A DNA stretch of 64,000 nt from assembly GCF_009914755.1 (NCBI RefSeq), contig NC_060926.1, one strand, 5' to 3'. Within the stretch, counting starts at the first letter, position 1; the number at the start of each line of letters is the position of its first letter. The notes beneath the pieces are model-generated. The model worked only from the letters and a program-made list of their open reading frames with translations. It had not been told where the DNA came from and made no database searches. Origin of the DNA: the human T2T-CHM13v2.0 reference genome, Homo sapiens. Both the position numbers and the translations under genes were made by a program. This document shows positions 60,596 through 64,000 of this stretch, piece by piece.

Positions 60596-60903
60596 GGCTG
60601 GGCACAAGCGCTCACGCCTGTAATCCCAGCACTCACTTTGGGAGGCCAACATGGTGGGGGAAAAAAAATTGCTTTAGCCCAGGAGTTCAAGACCAGTCTG
60701 GGCAATGTGGCAAAACCCCGTCTCTACAAAAAATGCAAAAATCAGCTGGTGTGGTGGCGTGTGCCTGTAGTTTCAGCTATTCAGGAGACTGAGTTGGGAG
60801 GATCACTTGAGCCCTGGAAGTCAAAGCTGCAGTGAGCCAAGCTCAAGCCACTGCACTCCAGACTGGGTGATAGAGTAAGACCCCGTCTCAAAAAAAAAAA
60901 AAA
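60596..60903 (+). mobile_element. Alu (AluJ-like) in FRZB intron 2
   Basis: Dimer with A tail; degenerate TSD aaaag...ttttat. Confidence 0.92.
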
Positions 60904-63900
60904 GTTGTTTTATGTTAACATGGGGAACAATAAAAGGCAGAAGCTTTTGTTGACCACTTGTATTTTCTAATGAAAATAAATTTTATTTCCAGTTGAACTT
61001 GTCAATAATACACTTTAACATAGCAGTCCCGAAAAGAGTATCACCCTTCCTGCCAGAGAAATAAGTATCTCTACTGGGGATAGGTAGCAGCAGCAACTGT
61101 TGCTCTTGCCCATGACAGAAATGAGAATTCCTCAATACCACACACAGCTCCTTCCCTTGTTCTCCTGATAATTTTTAGCACACAATTTCTGTGAAGATCT
61201 CAGCCAATAAACAATGAGTAACATTAGTGCTTGTTGCTATTTTGACAAAAACTATTCCAAAAATAACTTTATTAGCAAAATGATTGTATTATCATTTAAA
61301 AGAGAACAAAAAGTTACCTAGCTTTTGGCGTTCTGTATTTTATTCTGTATTAAAATGTTACATGTATTTTTAAAGAGATATTCTTGAGATGAGAATATTT
61401 CTGAAGACGTAAATTTTATGGTATTAGGTTTATAAATTATCCTCATCCATATATAGACTTGTGATTTTTCTACTTAAAAATAAATATCTATCAAAAATAA
61501 GTCATGTAAATAAATTACACATTTGTAATTCTTCAGAAATTTGCATGTGCTCAAATAAAAAATTTTGGCAAAAACTATAGCAACTGTCACTGAATTGAGT
61601 CTAATTTGATGTTGTTACTTACATATCTTTGCTTGGAGCATAAACAAATGGATTCCATAAAACTTTCCAGGCAGGGATTTTTTTAAATTATATTACAAAA
61701 TGATTTAGTAATATTTCAAGTAGGCATTTACAAAGCTATGCATACAACTACATATACATAGCTAGACTATTACCTAACAGCTAATGAGCTAAGCAAATAT
61801 TCTCGGGACTAAATTTTGCTCATCTGCAATATACTTCTTATTTCTGCTGGTCTCCAAGGTGACAATGCCATACTAAATATATATTTTAAATATTTATATG
61901 GGACAATATGTCCCAATCCCTAGCTCTTGCCATAAGCAAATTATCTGTATAGTTCAAGTAGCTCGATAAAATAACAGTAATAAGGAGAAGCTGAGTTTAT
62001 ATCCACAAAGCTCAAATATGAAAGAACCTCCTCTCATTTATGCTTACTCAACCCAAAAATTCATATCTTAGGTTATTCATGAAAAGGGTATCTTAGATCA
62101 ATAGATCTGAAACATAATCCTCATCTGAATTATGTTTACACACATCAACGTACACATCCCCACAAGCCCAAGAACTGTGAAATTGTGAAGAATCAGAGAG
62201 AGGTATGTTGCATGCATTAGCTGTCACCTTTTTTGTGCCTGCTACCCTAAATCAGATGTAACAGTTTATTTTTATTACCTATAGTTGATTTCTTGATACT
62301 CTTTTTGGGGGGCCTGTAGCATTACCATCATTTCTTGTTTAATTGCTAGTAATCTTCCTCTCCCAACCTCCTAATGGCACAAGTTTTTTAGAATGGAAAA
62401 TGAAATCTATTATTTACTGAGCTTTGCACAAAAACCATTAGATATTGATTTTTCTGTATTTCACTGTTGAGAAGAAAAGCTTATAAATGAATTAGCATCT
62501 GCCTTGGTGCTTTATGTAAGGAAAAAAAAATACTTTAAAAGTTAAAGGAGTTGGTTTTGACAAAATAGGCTAAGTAGTGACAAAGAGATCTTCAAACATG
62601 GGCAGTTTTAACATTAGCAATTCATTTACCTCAAAGCCTGAAATTAATACAATACCTTCAATTGTGGGACAGAGTGCAGTGCTACATTTACCAGCAGCCA
62701 TGGAAAGGACAGAAAACTATTTTCAGCTTAGTTCTTCCTCACATTCCTTCCACTCCTCTTGCTTGATTTTTCTAGTGACTCTCCTAATACTAATGATCTC
62801 CTACATATCTGCTAATGAACCTGGAGACTGTTTATTTCATAGAAACATGAGTTTATCACCCTAGTAGAAAGAAATCTGAGTTTGCAAAGTTAACATGCCC
62901 AGTACTTCGCAGAAGTTAGTCTGCAGCTCAGGGGAAATGCCCCATGATACACGCAGTGCCCGAGCAGTGAACAGCCTTGCTGCCTCAGAGTAGCTTCTTA
63001 TAAAGATCAAAATAGTTCAGAGGAGACAAGAATCTTAGCCTTCTTTATTCAGTTTTGCTCATACAAATATGCTCATTTATTTTTTAAAAACAAAAGGATA
63101 CTAGTATTTTTGATATGATCTTAGAAGATCTAAAGAAGTCTAAGTCCCTGATACAGCTATGAAATATGACACTCACTGGACCGTCACTATTTAATGCAAC
63201 ATTGTTTGAGTTCAAGCTTAAGTGTGATAAAACTTTCTAACTATCCCTGACCTTTGTTTGAAATTGAATGCTTTTGGGTCTTATCCAGAGGTGTAAGACT
63301 ATAATTAACTTCATCAGATCCCCAAACTCTCATAACCTTTCATGTACCATGACTTTGGAGGACTACTATGTTTGAGTGGATATTTTTCTGTTTTTTCTAG
63401 GAAAAAAAGCCTCAGATCTGTGCTTAGGATTTATTGTCAAAAACTATGGGGAAGGAGAGAAGAAAATACAATTGTATTTGTGTTACAATCTCCTTTATAA
63501 CTTTTTCAAGACTGACCTTTTCTAATCAGATCAGAGTTTAAATCATTTTAATTTTTACCAGATGCACTGTAAGTCTCATATCCTGGCATTTGACCCCTGA
63601 ATCCCAATTGTCCTCTTTTCCTCCATTTTAAAACACATAGGAGCAAAACACAACACATTTTAAAAGATATAAAAAATAAAATTTTATAATTTGAAGATCC
63701 AGGTCCTTAACTATGACTTTTTTACTGAGCTCTAGATCTATATTTCCAACTGCCTGTACGAGGTATCTATGAGCAGTTCCAAAATTTTTAACAGTTCCAT
63801 AATTTTTAACATCTGGTAACATCCATCACACCATGAATTTGTCTTTCTTCTGTAGAACTGATAGTAGTATCTTCTGACTCCATAACTCTGGTGTATCCAT

Positions 63901-64000
63901 TCTTCTGTAAATATGAGATGAGAAAGGGAAAGAGAACTAACATTTGTTGAACTCTTTCAGTCACTTACATATGAATTCATTCATTCTGCAAATATTGGGC

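Overview
Primate (very probably human) genomic DNA: AT-rich, with about 17 Alu/FLAM elements plus L1, L2, MIR, MER DNA transposons and ERV LTRs. The only protein-coding sequence I can support is the 3' half of FRZB (sFRP3, secreted Wnt antagonist) on the minus strand. Exons 3-6 (59437-59502, 55368-55572, 54907-54970, 51809-51925) have GT-AG ends and join in frame to give the NTR domain and C-tail; the 3' UTR runs to about 50235. The last exon encodes ...RQAGN*, i.e. Gly324 instead of the canonical Arg324 (the known R324G/rs7775 allele), while codon 200 is Arg. Also present are a processed RPL31 pseudogene (~5024-5437) and a Y3 RNA pseudogene (45086-45181). From recalled gene order on human chr2q32.1 (not provable from sequence alone), the first ~11.4 kb is probably the very long 3' UTR of the convergent gene DNAJC10. 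Nearly all ORFs in the track are Alu-derived or chance ORFs. I found no evidence of a novel multi-gene system. The best leads are regulatory: a TCF/LEF motif cluster, a homeodomain-motif cluster, a strong CTCF site, inverted Alus in the putative UTR and alternative polyA sites. Repeat family names and motif counts were made by eye and need confirmation.
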